Source of the DNA: a virus
DNA: 64,000 bases
IMG/VR virus record: IMGVR_UViG_3300021977_000001
Strand: one strand, 5' to 3'
The first letter of the stretch is position 1. Each line of letters starts with the position of its first letter. Shown here piece by piece: positions 37,040-46,675 of this stretch. The translations under genes were made by a program, and so were the position numbers. Under the pieces are notes generated by a model. The model made no database searches, was not told where the DNA came from, and worked only from the letters and a program-made list of their open reading frames with translations.

Positions 37040-38563
37040 TTAATCGACCTCGTTGCGCTCGTTTATCCTCTTGCTCCGTTTGAACGCTACGAGGATAATA
37101 AAAAGTTGCTCAATCTCAAGCGGGATGATGTATGGACTACGTCCATGAACATCTTCTTGTTCTCCACCACAAGACGGACAAGTATAGGTTGGAATACCTA
37201 CAATGCTAAAGGCTGCGTTCTCAATGAACGTTTGGACATGGTCACGAAACTCACGAATAGTATCTGAATCAGCGGATAACTGTTCACATAGTTTATCAAT
37301 GGTTTCACGATCATCACCTGACACTATAGAAGCGTCGTCATCATCACCAATAACAAAACGCCCTACCCAATGCGAATAACGACGTAGCATGATTAGTTTA
37401 CTCTGCTCATTCATATAGCGAGCACGCTTCTCATACTTAATGTCTTTACCCAAACCTTCCTCGGTCATGCGTTCGATGTCTTCAGCCCACTGCACGCCTG
37501 AGGTAATAGACTCAGCCATAGTAGGAACACGAAGGTCCATAGACACCGCTGCATTTATACGAAGCGACGTAGCATGGGGATGTTCAAATTCATCTTGGTA
37601 CCACTGTACGCGATCTAGCGTTACCTTGCTGGCACGCTGTGCCATATGGGTGCGTTGTTTATCAGATAACACACTATTATCCGTCCACAGGAGTTTAGGG
37701 ATATTAAGTGTTTCTTTAATAACGTGCTGGCACTCAGTGATATTGGAAACGCAAGCACGAGTAAAGGGATAGCCCTTAGGATACACCGCACACGATAAAC
37801 CCCATACAAGCAATGAGAAGTCCGTTGCTAAGATGTGGTCTCGTAGAAACTGCTCATTCCAGTCTTTAACATTACAATCGTAGATATGATCAATGATGAA
37901 GTTAAATAGATGACCGCGTATATAAACACCTGAGTGGCTAAAGGCAGTACCGCGTGTATTTCGACCTAGCTTGCCTTTCTCTAACGAGATACGCTCATCT
38001 AGCTCAATTAATGCGCCTTCTGATGGGGCTTTAATGCTTACCCAAAAACCAGAGTGCCATAATGGTATCTGAACCGACGTACCCATAGTCAACATAGCGT
38101 TAACCTTTAGGATAGCTGCCTCGCCGCTAATTGTACTACCTGGCGCACTCTTACCGATTCTAGGTTTAACTGCAGATAAACGACCTGAGTCTGAATCTAC
38201 ATATTGGCGGAAATCGCTTCCTTCTTGACCTAAACGCTCTTCAAATAGAGGTTTAGAGAACATCTTAGAATAAGGCATGATGTCCATAGAACTGCTGTAC
38301 TCTAAGGTATCCGCCCACAGCTTTGCTGATGTTGATGAAATCTGAACCTTAGCCATGCTAGATAACGTATCTAGTAGATTAGATAAGTTTGCACTAGGTA
38401 ACGCCAACGGGATGTCTGAGTTCTTCTCTTCATCCAGTGGTCCACTATAGTCCCCGGTCTGCGTAAATGTAGCAGTAGGGCGTTCGCTACTTTCCTCTAG
38501 CTCGTGTTGCTCGTAATGGTCGCTTACCTTGGTACGGGGTTGGTTTTCGTTATCCTGGCTCAC
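37040..38563 (-). CDS. conserved core protein (phiKZ gp77-like), C-terminal CxxC
   Basis: QIPLWHSGFWVSIKAP, LVWGLSCAVYPKGYP, IPTYTCPSCGG. Confidence 0.65.
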   Translation of the reverse strand: MSQDNENQPRTKVSDHYEQHELEESSERPTATFTQTGDYSGPLDEEKNSDIPLALPSANLSNLLDTLSSMAKVQISSTSAKLWADTLEYSSSMDIMPYSKMFSKPLFEERLGQEGSDFRQYVDSDSGRLSAVKPRIGKSAPGSTISGEAAILKVNAMLTMGTSVQIPLWHSGFWVSIKAPSEGALIELDERISLEKGKLGRNTRGTAFSHSGVYIRGHLFNFIIDHIYDCNVKDWNEQFLRDHILATDFSLLVWGLSCAVYPKGYPFTRACVSNITECQHVIKETLNIPKLLWTDNSVLSDKQRTHMAQRASKVTLDRVQWYQDEFEHPHATSLRINAAVSMDLRVPTMAESITSGVQWAEDIERMTEEGLGKDIKYEKRARYMNEQSKLIMLRRYSHWVGRFVIGDDDDASIVSGDDRETIDKLCEQLSADSDTIREFRDHVQTFIENAAFSIVGIPTYTCPSCGGEQEDVHGRSPYIIPLEIEQLFIILVAFKRSKRINERNEVD

Positions 38564-39117
38564 TTTCTACCTCCTTTCGCCATCGCCATAAGGTCTAATG
38601 TCTTTTTAGGTGTGGTGGTTACCGCACCTAGTCGGCGTTGTTTGACTTTAGGTTGAGTCTTTTGTTTATCGATCTCAGCCTGTGCTTGTTTTGCGTTCTC
38701 CTCAACTTCCTCAACGGAACGCCCTTCCGTTAACTCTAGGATTTGCGCAGTGGTAATTGGAACAACCGTATTGTAGTCTTCAATCCACTGTTGGTAGTCC
38801 TGGCCAATGTCGATGGCAATCATGCTAGCTTCAACATCGTCCTTAGGTTTATCGCGGTTGATGTGGCGATCGCGAATAGCAACTAAGCGTGTATTAAAGT
38901 TAGTCAAGTCATTTAACAGCACACGACCTAATGCATTTAGCTTTTGCTTGTCTTGTACTTTCTTCAATGCCTCTGGACTTTTAAACAATTCAGAGACCTT
39001 AGATGCCGCTGCAAGCATGCCAGCAGCCGCGCCGCTAAGTTGTCTTAATTCAGCCCACGCATCCGTAACTGGCGCTGCCTGGGTCTTTTTCGCTTTCTTC
39101 TTTGGTGTTTTGGCCAT
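38560..39117 (-). CDS. conserved phiKZ-like protein
   Basis: Start MAKTPKKK (39117, AGGA RBS); helical; stop overlaps the next start. Confidence 0.6.
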   Translation of the reverse strand: MAKTPKKKAKKTQAAPVTDAWAELRQLSGAAAGMLAAASKVSELFKSPEALKKVQDKQKLNALGRVLLNDLTNFNTRLVAIRDRHINRDKPKDDVEASMIAIDIGQDYQQWIEDYNTVVPITTAQILELTEGRSVEEVEENAKQAQAEIDKQKTQPKVKQRRLGAVTTTPKKTLDLMAMAKGGRK

Positions 39118-39217
39118 TTTATTTATATTCCTGTTTGATAAAATATGAATAACTCGTCTTGTATAATTACAAGATGCTGTATTAATTAACGTAGCAACCA
39201 GTACTAAGGTAATAACC

Positions 39218-40072
39218 ATGTATATAACTGATGCCGATGCACTCACTGCCACTTTGCCTGAAGCGCGTCAGGCTTTCTTTATAAGCTGCAATAAGCTTTT
39301 CTTTGATATGCAGATCGTAGGATTTGTCGAAACCATTGATGCCTTTGTATTGAGCAAAAACACACAGGACAACACATACATCATTGATGAGGTAACGTTA
39401 ATGTATAACGAATACCTTATTAACCTGCTTGCTAGTCATGGTGTTATGATTGATGAGGATCAGTCACCGCAGCCCTTTACCTACATAGCACTATTAGAGA
39501 CCCTAAATCTTTTACCTAAGGTAGATGACGGCCAGATGATACTTGACACGGTTGAAGCAAGTGAAGACGACATTACCGCGTTAGCTATGTTTATGGAATC
39601 GCTACACAGTAGTGGTAGTGTTGTTACTTTCTCTAACGTCTTAGAAGTTGTCCGCTATGTAGAACCTGCACTTATTGAAAGAATTGTAGAAATAGCCACT
39701 GCGGATGTTGATAATCTTATACTTAACAGTGACCTGTCTAAAGATCGTGCTAAACTGCGTTATGAGAACCATCCTATATCTAAGCAATCTATTAACCCAA
39801 CCAAAGGGTTATTAGAGCGAGGCATAGATTACGGGTTACCCTTGACAACCCTATGGCTACATGCTGATGCATTGGTAGGTGAGTTTATTGAACTTAAATC
39901 TATTATCCCGTTAGCATCGCTTATCTATGGTCTTGTTTTAATTAGCGACGTGGAAGACCATATTGTAGATGAATCAGTATCGCTGCTTATTAATAGCGAG
40001 ATAGGGGATGAAGTATTAGCCTTAGCGCTGCTTCGTGAAGTTAACCAGATTAAAATGGCTGAGTCAGTATAA
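39218..40072 (+). CDS. conserved phiKZ-like protein upstream of vRNAP beta'
   Basis: 284-aa ORF coupled (TAATG) to the RNAP gene; synteny. Confidence 0.6.
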   Translation: MYITDADALTATLPEARQAFFISCNKLFFDMQIVGFVETIDAFVLSKNTQDNTYIIDEVTLMYNEYLINLLASHGVMIDEDQSPQPFTYIALLETLNLLPKVDDGQMILDTVEASEDDITALAMFMESLHSSGSVVTFSNVLEVVRYVEPALIERIVEIATADVDNLILNSDLSKDRAKLRYENHPISKQSINPTKGLLERGIDYGLPLTTLWLHADALVGEFIELKSIIPLASLIYGLVLISDVEDHIVDESVSLLINSEIGDEVLALALLREVNQIKMAESV

Positions 40073-41337
40073 TGAGTATTGAAAAGAACGACTATTTAAG
40101 ATTTGCACTTAAGCATAATGCCTTTATTTATAAGCATTGGCATTTAAGTGTCTTTGGTATCTTCACACCTCAACCACGCGAAGACATGTACGTTGGTATG
40201 TTGGTAGAGTATGATGACGATATCTATTACATCGACGAACAGGGTAGTCGTCAGGGTCCTGTATTGGGTTTTAAAAACGACCAGCCTTTATTTACACCTA
40301 ACGACATAGTAACGCTATCTAAAGGCGATCTGGCTAACGTTACCGTATCTACCGAATCTACCGTAGGACGTACTCTGGCTAACGCTATGCTGCTAGCGTA
40401 TCCCTTTCAAGATACGTTTGATTTTATTAACGAAGAAGTTAAAGCAGGCAAGATAGGTGATCAAATTGCAATAGCGCTTAAAGACGATGTTATTACTGCA
40501 GAGCAGGTATCTGTCTATTTTAAACAACTTTACTTCATGTCTAGTTTAACCAGCCTTTGGGTCCCTTCTGCTTCTGAGAAGTCAATCACCACGTCGCCTG
40601 CTATTGTAAAACGACGTGATCAGTTGCTTAAACAACACAAAGACGAGTTAGATAATCCAGCGGTAATTGCTAAGATTGAGAAAGAGCTCATCGACATGGA
40701 CCGGGAGTATATTAAAGACGACCCATCTGCGGGGTTCTATAAGTCAGCTAAGGCCTTTAACGTTACCCGTAAGCAAGCATATATCATGCATGGTGGCGAG
40801 GCGTCCTTTGAAGATCCCTCTAAAATTGAAGTTATTCCGCGCTCGCTTCAAGATGGATGGAACGTTGACGACTTGCCTGCATTGATCAACTCGCTACGTG
40901 ACGGGTCTTACGCGCGTTCTACTCAGACGGCGTTAGGTGGTGAAGCGGTGAAGACCATCACTCGCGTATTCCAAAATAGCTTTATCTCTCAAGATGATTG
41001 TAAAGATAAAGTAGGGATGCCTATGATTATTACAGAATTGAATTATCGTTCTTTTATAGGTCGTCATTTAGTATCATCACCTGACAAATCCCTTACTGAA
41101 GCAGAGTTAAAGAACAGCATAGGTAAGACACTTGTACTCAGAAGCCCAATGAGCTGTAAAGTACCCTTTACCGACTATTGTAAAGTCTGCATGGGTGACG
41201 CGATTGCTGATAACGATAAAGCACTATCGTTACTTGCTTCGGCCACAGGTAGTGCCTTTCTCTCTTTATTCCTTAAACGCTTCCACGCGTCTAACATTGA
41301 GACAGAGGTCTTACAGGGAATGGATTTCATCCAGTAA
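40072..41337 (+). CDS. virion RNA polymerase beta' subunit fragment (phiKZ gp80-like)
   Basis: TVGRTLAN, GSYARSTQTALGGE (bridge-helix region), DDC...LRSPMSC...CKVCMG zinc site. Confidence 0.85.
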   Translation: MSIEKNDYLRFALKHNAFIYKHWHLSVFGIFTPQPREDMYVGMLVEYDDDIYYIDEQGSRQGPVLGFKNDQPLFTPNDIVTLSKGDLANVTVSTESTVGRTLANAMLLAYPFQDTFDFINEEVKAGKIGDQIAIALKDDVITAEQVSVYFKQLYFMSSLTSLWVPSASEKSITTSPAIVKRRDQLLKQHKDELDNPAVIAKIEKELIDMDREYIKDDPSAGFYKSAKAFNVTRKQAYIMHGGEASFEDPSKIEVIPRSLQDGWNVDDLPALINSLRDGSYARSTQTALGGEAVKTITRVFQNSFISQDDCKDKVGMPMIITELNYRSFIGRHLVSSPDKSLTEAELKNSIGKTLVLRSPMSCKVPFTDYCKVCMGDAIADNDKALSLLASATGSAFLSLFLKRFHASNIETEVLQGMDFIQ

Positions 41338-41375
41338 CTGATATTTACCTATTATATTAAGGTAGTTAGAATAAA

Positions 41376-41681
41376 ATGAAAATACATCTTACGTATGAGT
41401 TGATGGGGACATCAGAAATACGTCAACAAAAACAGGTTTTCGACGTTAACGAGTGCCGTAAAGATCCTGTGGGTTTTTTGACCTCTATGGTCGAGCTGCA
41501 AACTAAACGTTGGATTGTAATTAGGGATCAGTTTTACGTATGTCAGTTAATCAAGGAAGTATTAACCGAGAACCCCGTTACTCTATCTACGGTACTGACT
41601 ACTGATGACTTATCGTGGGTAAGACAGATACCTAGTCATAAACCGGGCATTTACGTTGAATTAACATTAACACTATTATAA
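41376..41681 (+). CDS. hypothetical protein
   Basis: 101-aa ORF in the plus-strand run. Confidence 0.5.
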   Translation: MKIHLTYELMGTSEIRQQKQVFDVNECRKDPVGFLTSMVELQTKRWIVIRDQFYVCQLIKEVLTENPVTLSTVLTTDDLSWVRQIPSHKPGIYVELTLTLL

Positions 41682-41694
41682 TAAGGAAACACAC

Positions 41695-42105
41695 ATGCCT
41701 ACAGTAAGCGCAGAAGCGCAACGTAAAATAGATGATCTAATTCATCGTTTCAAATATACTGCCGATGGTAAAGTTGATAGCTGGCGTATCATGAAACCAG
41801 ACAGTATGGGTAACTATCGTGGAGACTGTGATGACTTTGCTATCACTACGTGGTGGTTTATCTGCGGTGAGAGCTATTGGAAGTTCTGGATAGGTATACT
41901 ATTCTTTCGTGTTAAGCTATGGCGGGTGTTGACGACACCTGATAACATTGGCCATTTAGTGTTAGAGTACGATGGTAAGTTCATAGATAACATCTATCGC
42001 AAGTGGTTACCTAAAGAAGAGATGACACATCACTTTAGAGGGTATTTAGTAAACAATGCTTTCATGGCTGCTATTAAAATGCTATTAGGTAAAATAGCTA
42101 AATAA
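41695..42105 (+). CDS. transglutaminase-like cysteine proteinase (BTLCP/LapG-like)
   Basis: RGDCDDFAIT, IGHLVLEY, FIDN triad; AAGGA RBS. Confidence 0.6.
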   Translation: MPTVSAEAQRKIDDLIHRFKYTADGKVDSWRIMKPDSMGNYRGDCDDFAITTWWFICGESYWKFWIGILFFRVKLWRVLTTPDNIGHLVLEYDGKFIDNIYRKWLPKEEMTHHFRGYLVNNAFMAAIKMLLGKIAK

Positions 42106-42118
42106 AGGCAAAAAAGAA

Positions 42119-42170
42119 ACAGCATAAATAAGGTAGAGGTAACGTGACGTTACCTCTACCTCTGTGCCGT
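42119..42170. terminator. bidirectional terminator with TGC(C/T)GT motif on both sides
   Basis: GGTAGAGGTAAC / GTTACCTCTACC; TGTGCCGT on plus, TATGCTGT on minus. Confidence 0.75.
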
Positions 42171-42985
42171 TATGACGTTTGTGTGTTATATTCGTTAACC
42201 GTAACATCTTTTCCTTTTACGTATTCTAGTTTAAATGACGTTGCATCTACATAGCCCCGCTCATCGAGTTTAGCGTAAGTGAAAAGAACACCAACATCAT
42301 GTACCATTAAAGAGGCAATGTTGTTACCGTACGTGTAGTCTGTCTCCCAGAGCATAGACTCTTTGGTTTGAAAAGAAACACCGTTATCTATATTAATCGC
42401 ATGTTCACGTTGATAGAGTTTAATACCATTTAAAAACTCGATATCGTAGATCTTACCTTGGTTAAATTCGGTTATAGATGTTAACCCACGAGGACGTAGC
42501 GGGTGGGCATCTTCTATACGGGTTTTTGTTGATAAAGCAAAACACTGGGTACTTATGCCGTTGTGGTTTAAACGTTGATAGAGTCTAACACTATCTATAG
42601 TTTCTAGTGACGGTATAGGGGTATTATTCAGACCGACCAAACCATCTTTAACTACCGCGGATTCTTTTAACTGCGCATCGATAATTAACTTTCTATACCT
42701 TATCTCATTATTAGATCTATAAAGTACAGTAACTAGGTCATCCACAACAGCAACGTCATATACGCCATCAGGTATTCCTAATGCTGTTACTTGGGTTAGT
42801 GCAGCATGGTTGTCAATTAATCTAACAGCGTACAGACCGGGGTGGTTAGGTAATGTAAAGGGGTGGTTGAAGTGAACCGTCTCTATTTTGCTAATATCGC
42901 TATCTATGGTTAGCACGCAGATATCCTCACCCACGAACGGCTGAGGTTCCATGACTTGCTCACCGTTATATAGGTGGTATAACAT
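42170..42985 (-). CDS. hypothetical protein
   Basis: 271-aa ORF with AAGGA RBS. Confidence 0.65.
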   Translation of the reverse strand: MLYHLYNGEQVMEPQPFVGEDICVLTIDSDISKIETVHFNHPFTLPNHPGLYAVRLIDNHAALTQVTALGIPDGVYDVAVVDDLVTVLYRSNNEIRYRKLIIDAQLKESAVVKDGLVGLNNTPIPSLETIDSVRLYQRLNHNGISTQCFALSTKTRIEDAHPLRPRGLTSITEFNQGKIYDIEFLNGIKLYQREHAINIDNGVSFQTKESMLWETDYTYGNNIASLMVHDVGVLFTYAKLDERGYVDATSFKLEYVKGKDVTVNEYNTQTS

Positions 42986-42998
42986 AACTATTCCTTAA

Positions 42999-43030
42999 GG
43001 GCATAAGTCCACCCCATTAGGAGTGGACTT
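42999..43030 (-). terminator. hairpin + TTATGCCC terminator
   Basis: AAGTCCAC / GTGGACTT stem after the microprotein stop. Confidence 0.55.
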
Positions 43031-43038
43031 GTATGGGT

Positions 43039-43131
43039 CTATGTTGACTTTTTAAGCCTGCGGTTAAGTAACGCAAGCAGTTTAGGATTTAAACGCTTAG
43101 AAGCAGTTTTAGAGGATGTTACAGTAGGCAT
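43039..43131 (-). CDS. 30-aa basic microprotein
   Basis: Absent from the ORF track. AAGGAGAG RBS overlaps the helicase stop; MPTVTSSKTASKRLNPKLLALLNRRLKKST. Confidence 0.6.
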   Translation of the reverse strand: MPTVTSSKTASKRLNPKLLALLNRRLKKST

Positions 43132-43140
43132 GATCTCTCC

Positions 43141-44679
43141 TTATATTACATACGCTGTTTGCAACGTACGATGCGTTTTAACTTTATCTGAGAAAGTAGC
43201 AAGTTTTCTTTCATGGTACTTAACATGAGAATCTATATCTTCGCAAACTAAATAAAAGAAACGAGGTACGTTATCTTTAAACCCTTTTAATTTACGCAAA
43301 CGACCCAGTATCTGCGCGTTTAATTGGCGTGAACCAATTGCAGATGTCAATAAGGTAACTTTAAGTCCTTTGATATCTACCGCAGTACCTGCAGACTTAG
43401 GTGTAGTAATGACCACATCAGACTCATACAAATACTCATCTGGATCTTCACCTACAAACCTATTGACAGTTAAGTCAGTCAGACGTGGTTTTATAAAGTT
43501 TGCAAGAAACGTACACATCTCGATAGTGTCAGCAAAGATCATCATCTTCTGACCCGGCTCACGGATACTGATATATTCATTGAGCACGATATCATAGATC
43601 ATTTCAGCATAAGCTTCACTACGAAACTTCTTCTTCAATATAGACGCCTCAAAGAGCATCTGAGAGTACATCTTGCGTCGCTTATGCGATAGTAGCTCTA
43701 CCTTGTTACAACGGTACGTGAGTGCCGTACAGGCGATGTATTTGCCATCATAATCTGGCGTTATACGCTCACCTACAGGATAGGCCACTTCCAACATGCT
43801 ATTGATAAAGCTGTTGTCCGATACTAGCGTAGCCGACATGTATATCGTCTTGGCCACATGTCCATATAGGTCCTGCATGTAATTCAAATGGAAGTTCTCA
43901 TGCACTTCATCGATAATACGCAAACCAGCTTTAATGACCGTATATAATTCATCGGGATCACAATTGTATCCTTCTTCTTCCATACGACCTTCTTCATAAG
44001 CCTTATAGAAGTTATACATGGTTGTTGCAGAGATGATAATAAAATCATAATCCATCTCATCAGCTAAGCCTAGGTCTATAATGGTACGCATGGCTTTGGA
44101 GCCCTTGACCACACATAGCTTGTCTCTAGGTACATTTAACGTTTTAGTAATGTCTCCTATCCATTTACCTTCAGTTATATACTTAGCAGGTACAACCATG
44201 ACGGTACGTTTAGCAATTACCATGGCCGCCCACATGGACATAAGTGATTTTCCACTACCCGTCGGCGCGTTAGTTGTTTTACTGACACCGGGTGTTAAAA
44301 AGTGATCTATGACAGGTAGTTGATATTCGTAAGGCTGTATACTATCGTCAATAGCAAAACTATCAACATCTTCCCCCTCGATTGGAACGTAATGTTCTAT
44401 CTTTAAATTATCGGTCTTTATCCCTAATACATTTAAATGTTCTAGGACTTGTTTAAACTGATTGATGTGGAAGCGAAGCTCCCTACGGTCATGTGGAGAA
44501 GCTGCAAATACCCGTTTGGGGATCTTATAGTAACTATGGGTACGAGGATCGTACCCTTGGTCATAGTCTATTAGCCTCTCACAGAACTCATAGAGCGCCC
44601 GCTTACATTCAGGCATCATGGTGTGGAATCGCACATGGTGACTTTTTACATCCACATGTGCGTAATACTGAGTTGGCAC
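43141..44679 (-). CDS. superfamily 2 helicase (phiKZ gp75-like, UvsW/XPB-type)
   Basis: Walker A APTGSGKS, IIDEVHE, MSATL, QILGRLR. Confidence 0.9.
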   Translation of the reverse strand: MPTQYYAHVDVKSHHVRFHTMMPECKRALYEFCERLIDYDQGYDPRTHSYYKIPKRVFAASPHDRRELRFHINQFKQVLEHLNVLGIKTDNLKIEHYVPIEGEDVDSFAIDDSIQPYEYQLPVIDHFLTPGVSKTTNAPTGSGKSLMSMWAAMVIAKRTVMVVPAKYITEGKWIGDITKTLNVPRDKLCVVKGSKAMRTIIDLGLADEMDYDFIIISATTMYNFYKAYEEGRMEEEGYNCDPDELYTVIKAGLRIIDEVHENFHLNYMQDLYGHVAKTIYMSATLVSDNSFINSMLEVAYPVGERITPDYDGKYIACTALTYRCNKVELLSHKRRKMYSQMLFEASILKKKFRSEAYAEMIYDIVLNEYISIREPGQKMMIFADTIEMCTFLANFIKPRLTDLTVNRFVGEDPDEYLYESDVVITTPKSAGTAVDIKGLKVTLLTSAIGSRQLNAQILGRLRKLKGFKDNVPRFFYLVCEDIDSHVKYHERKLATFSDKVKTHRTLQTAYVI

Positions 44680-44698
44680 GATGCCCTCCTTTTATTGT

Positions 44699-46675
44699 TT
44701 ACTTACCCATGAACACCATATCCATAGGGTGCTTAGGTCGATTAGTTAGCGCAAACGACGTAGGTGAGATAAGCATAAGTGCTTGGTTCATCCACGCAGC
44801 TTGACCCGTTAACGATCTAAGTTCCATGTTTTGCTTATACGTGCCAAAGACCTTCTGGTCTTGAGGACGCGGCAAACGGTGATCCATACGATCAGGGTTA
44901 CGTGCCAGAATTGACAGTATGATGATCTCTAGATGTACAATGTTAACGCCTAGCTTTTCAGACACCAATACGTGTAAGTCCATCAACGCTTGAGACAAAG
45001 AATCACAGTTAACAATACGGTTACGTTTGTCATCTGTAGGTTTCTTGGTACTGCGTGAGGTCATGCTCGCATTCTTATCCTCTTGAGAGCTAGATGATTC
45101 AATGAATGTCTTAATGACGTCCATATATTCTAACATGTTCAAATGCTTCATGGGTAGGATGAACGCAGGTTCATTAAAATCCCAATGGCTTAGATCACAT
45201 ACATAAAACCCTTTCTCATTTAAAGACCATCCATGCTCTTTTAGGTAGTTTAACATTGCACCTGAGAGCGATGAGTAGTTCTTACCTGACGATACCGACA
45301 ACAACACATCTTCAAACTCATCCCCACGATAACCGTTCAACACCACATCACGACACGATGAAATACGGTTAGAGGATAGGTCTGTAATGTCCTCAATGGT
45401 GTTGATATCGCCGATGTGTTTAACATCATTATGGTTAAGAACCAGCTCCATACGATCGTAGCGTTTCTGTTCGCGGATGAACACCTTATCACCTTTAGCA
45501 TTTAACTTAAGGTATTGGCGGTGGTGGTCATCTAAGCTGATCTCAATAGCTACTGAACTTACCTCTAAGTGTTTAATCGATAATACACTTTGAGAAATAA
45601 CCGCACATAGCTCCACAGCCGCTACGTGACCTAGGTTAGCCCCCGGTGGTACTGACGCTGCCACCGTACCCATACATTTGCTACAGACACCATAAGGGTC
45701 GGGATGTTCACAGGTAAGAGGAGAACGTATCTTAATTGTCTCACCAATTAGATGTTTCTCATCACCTTTAATTACCTGTAGCTCATTCTTACTGTCGTAA
45801 TAGTGTTTACCTACTAGCACCTTTAGGCTTTGAGGAAGGACTCTAAAGCGCACTGTACGCGTTGTACCGCAGTCTACTCTATGTAAGTTCTGGATAATAG
45901 CACAACCTAACTGCATTCGACGGTTATAGTACTGTGTCATCTGTAATGGATCTTTCTGTGCAAGTGATGCTTTAGAACCAGAACGCGACTCAACCATCGA
46001 GTCATGTAGCGTATTCATCCCTTCCGTATAGCTAGTTGGAATAGGACGGGGCGGTATCCAGCTGTCTATGTCGGTTACGAATCCACGTGCTGCGACCGAC
46101 TGAACAATCTGCCCTACGCTCAATACGTTAGCGCGACACATGCTCGTTACATTGTTTTCAGCTAGCTGATCTTCGCGCTTATAAAGCAGGTCTTTGATTT
46201 TATCATAACCCTTTTCAATTGCACGTTCGTTAGGTCTAAACTCATCACGCACTTGTTTGGTCGTTTCATGGTTGTGTATCTCAATATAATCTAAGATACT
46301 TACCGTTGATACATATCCTGCTAGGTTAGTCGTTGTATCGTTGTAGATCTTGTTAGTGATCTCGTAAGCGATACGACTTAGTAACATGATATCTACTGCT
46401 TCATTAAGCGCATAGTAGGTATCAAACAACACATGACTTAGCACTTCTTCATGTAGCTTGGGTGTGAAATGACCATTGCCGATGTGGTGACGCTTTAAGA
46501 TAGTCGCATTTGGGAAATGACGTTGCATTTCCCAGTAGTAATGACTTAAGATAGTTGGACGAGTTGACGTTTCTAACTCCCCATCATCAAAGACGAGGGT
46601 AAATACTTTGTCTTCCATTGCCCACATCTCTTCAGGTGAAAGTTGTTGTAACTCTCTAACATTAATCTTTGTCAT
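44699..46675 (-). CDS. non-virion RNAP beta' subunit, C-terminal part (phiKZ gp74-like)
   Basis: ARGFVTDID, SRSGSKASL...QYYNRRMQL, DCGT...RSPLTC...CSKCMG, SQSVLSIKH, VHLEII. Confidence 0.9.
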   Translation of the reverse strand: MTKINVRELQQLSPEEMWAMEDKVFTLVFDDGELETSTRPTILSHYYWEMQRHFPNATILKRHHIGNGHFTPKLHEEVLSHVLFDTYYALNEAVDIMLLSRIAYEITNKIYNDTTTNLAGYVSTVSILDYIEIHNHETTKQVRDEFRPNERAIEKGYDKIKDLLYKREDQLAENNVTSMCRANVLSVGQIVQSVAARGFVTDIDSWIPPRPIPTSYTEGMNTLHDSMVESRSGSKASLAQKDPLQMTQYYNRRMQLGCAIIQNLHRVDCGTTRTVRFRVLPQSLKVLVGKHYYDSKNELQVIKGDEKHLIGETIKIRSPLTCEHPDPYGVCSKCMGTVAASVPPGANLGHVAAVELCAVISQSVLSIKHLEVSSVAIEISLDDHHRQYLKLNAKGDKVFIREQKRYDRMELVLNHNDVKHIGDINTIEDITDLSSNRISSCRDVVLNGYRGDEFEDVLLSVSSGKNYSSLSGAMLNYLKEHGWSLNEKGFYVCDLSHWDFNEPAFILPMKHLNMLEYMDVIKTFIESSSSQEDKNASMTSRSTKKPTDDKRNRIVNCDSLSQALMDLHVLVSEKLGVNIVHLEIIILSILARNPDRMDHRLPRPQDQKVFGTYKQNMELRSLTGQAAWMNQALMLISPTSFALTNRPKHPMDMVFMGK

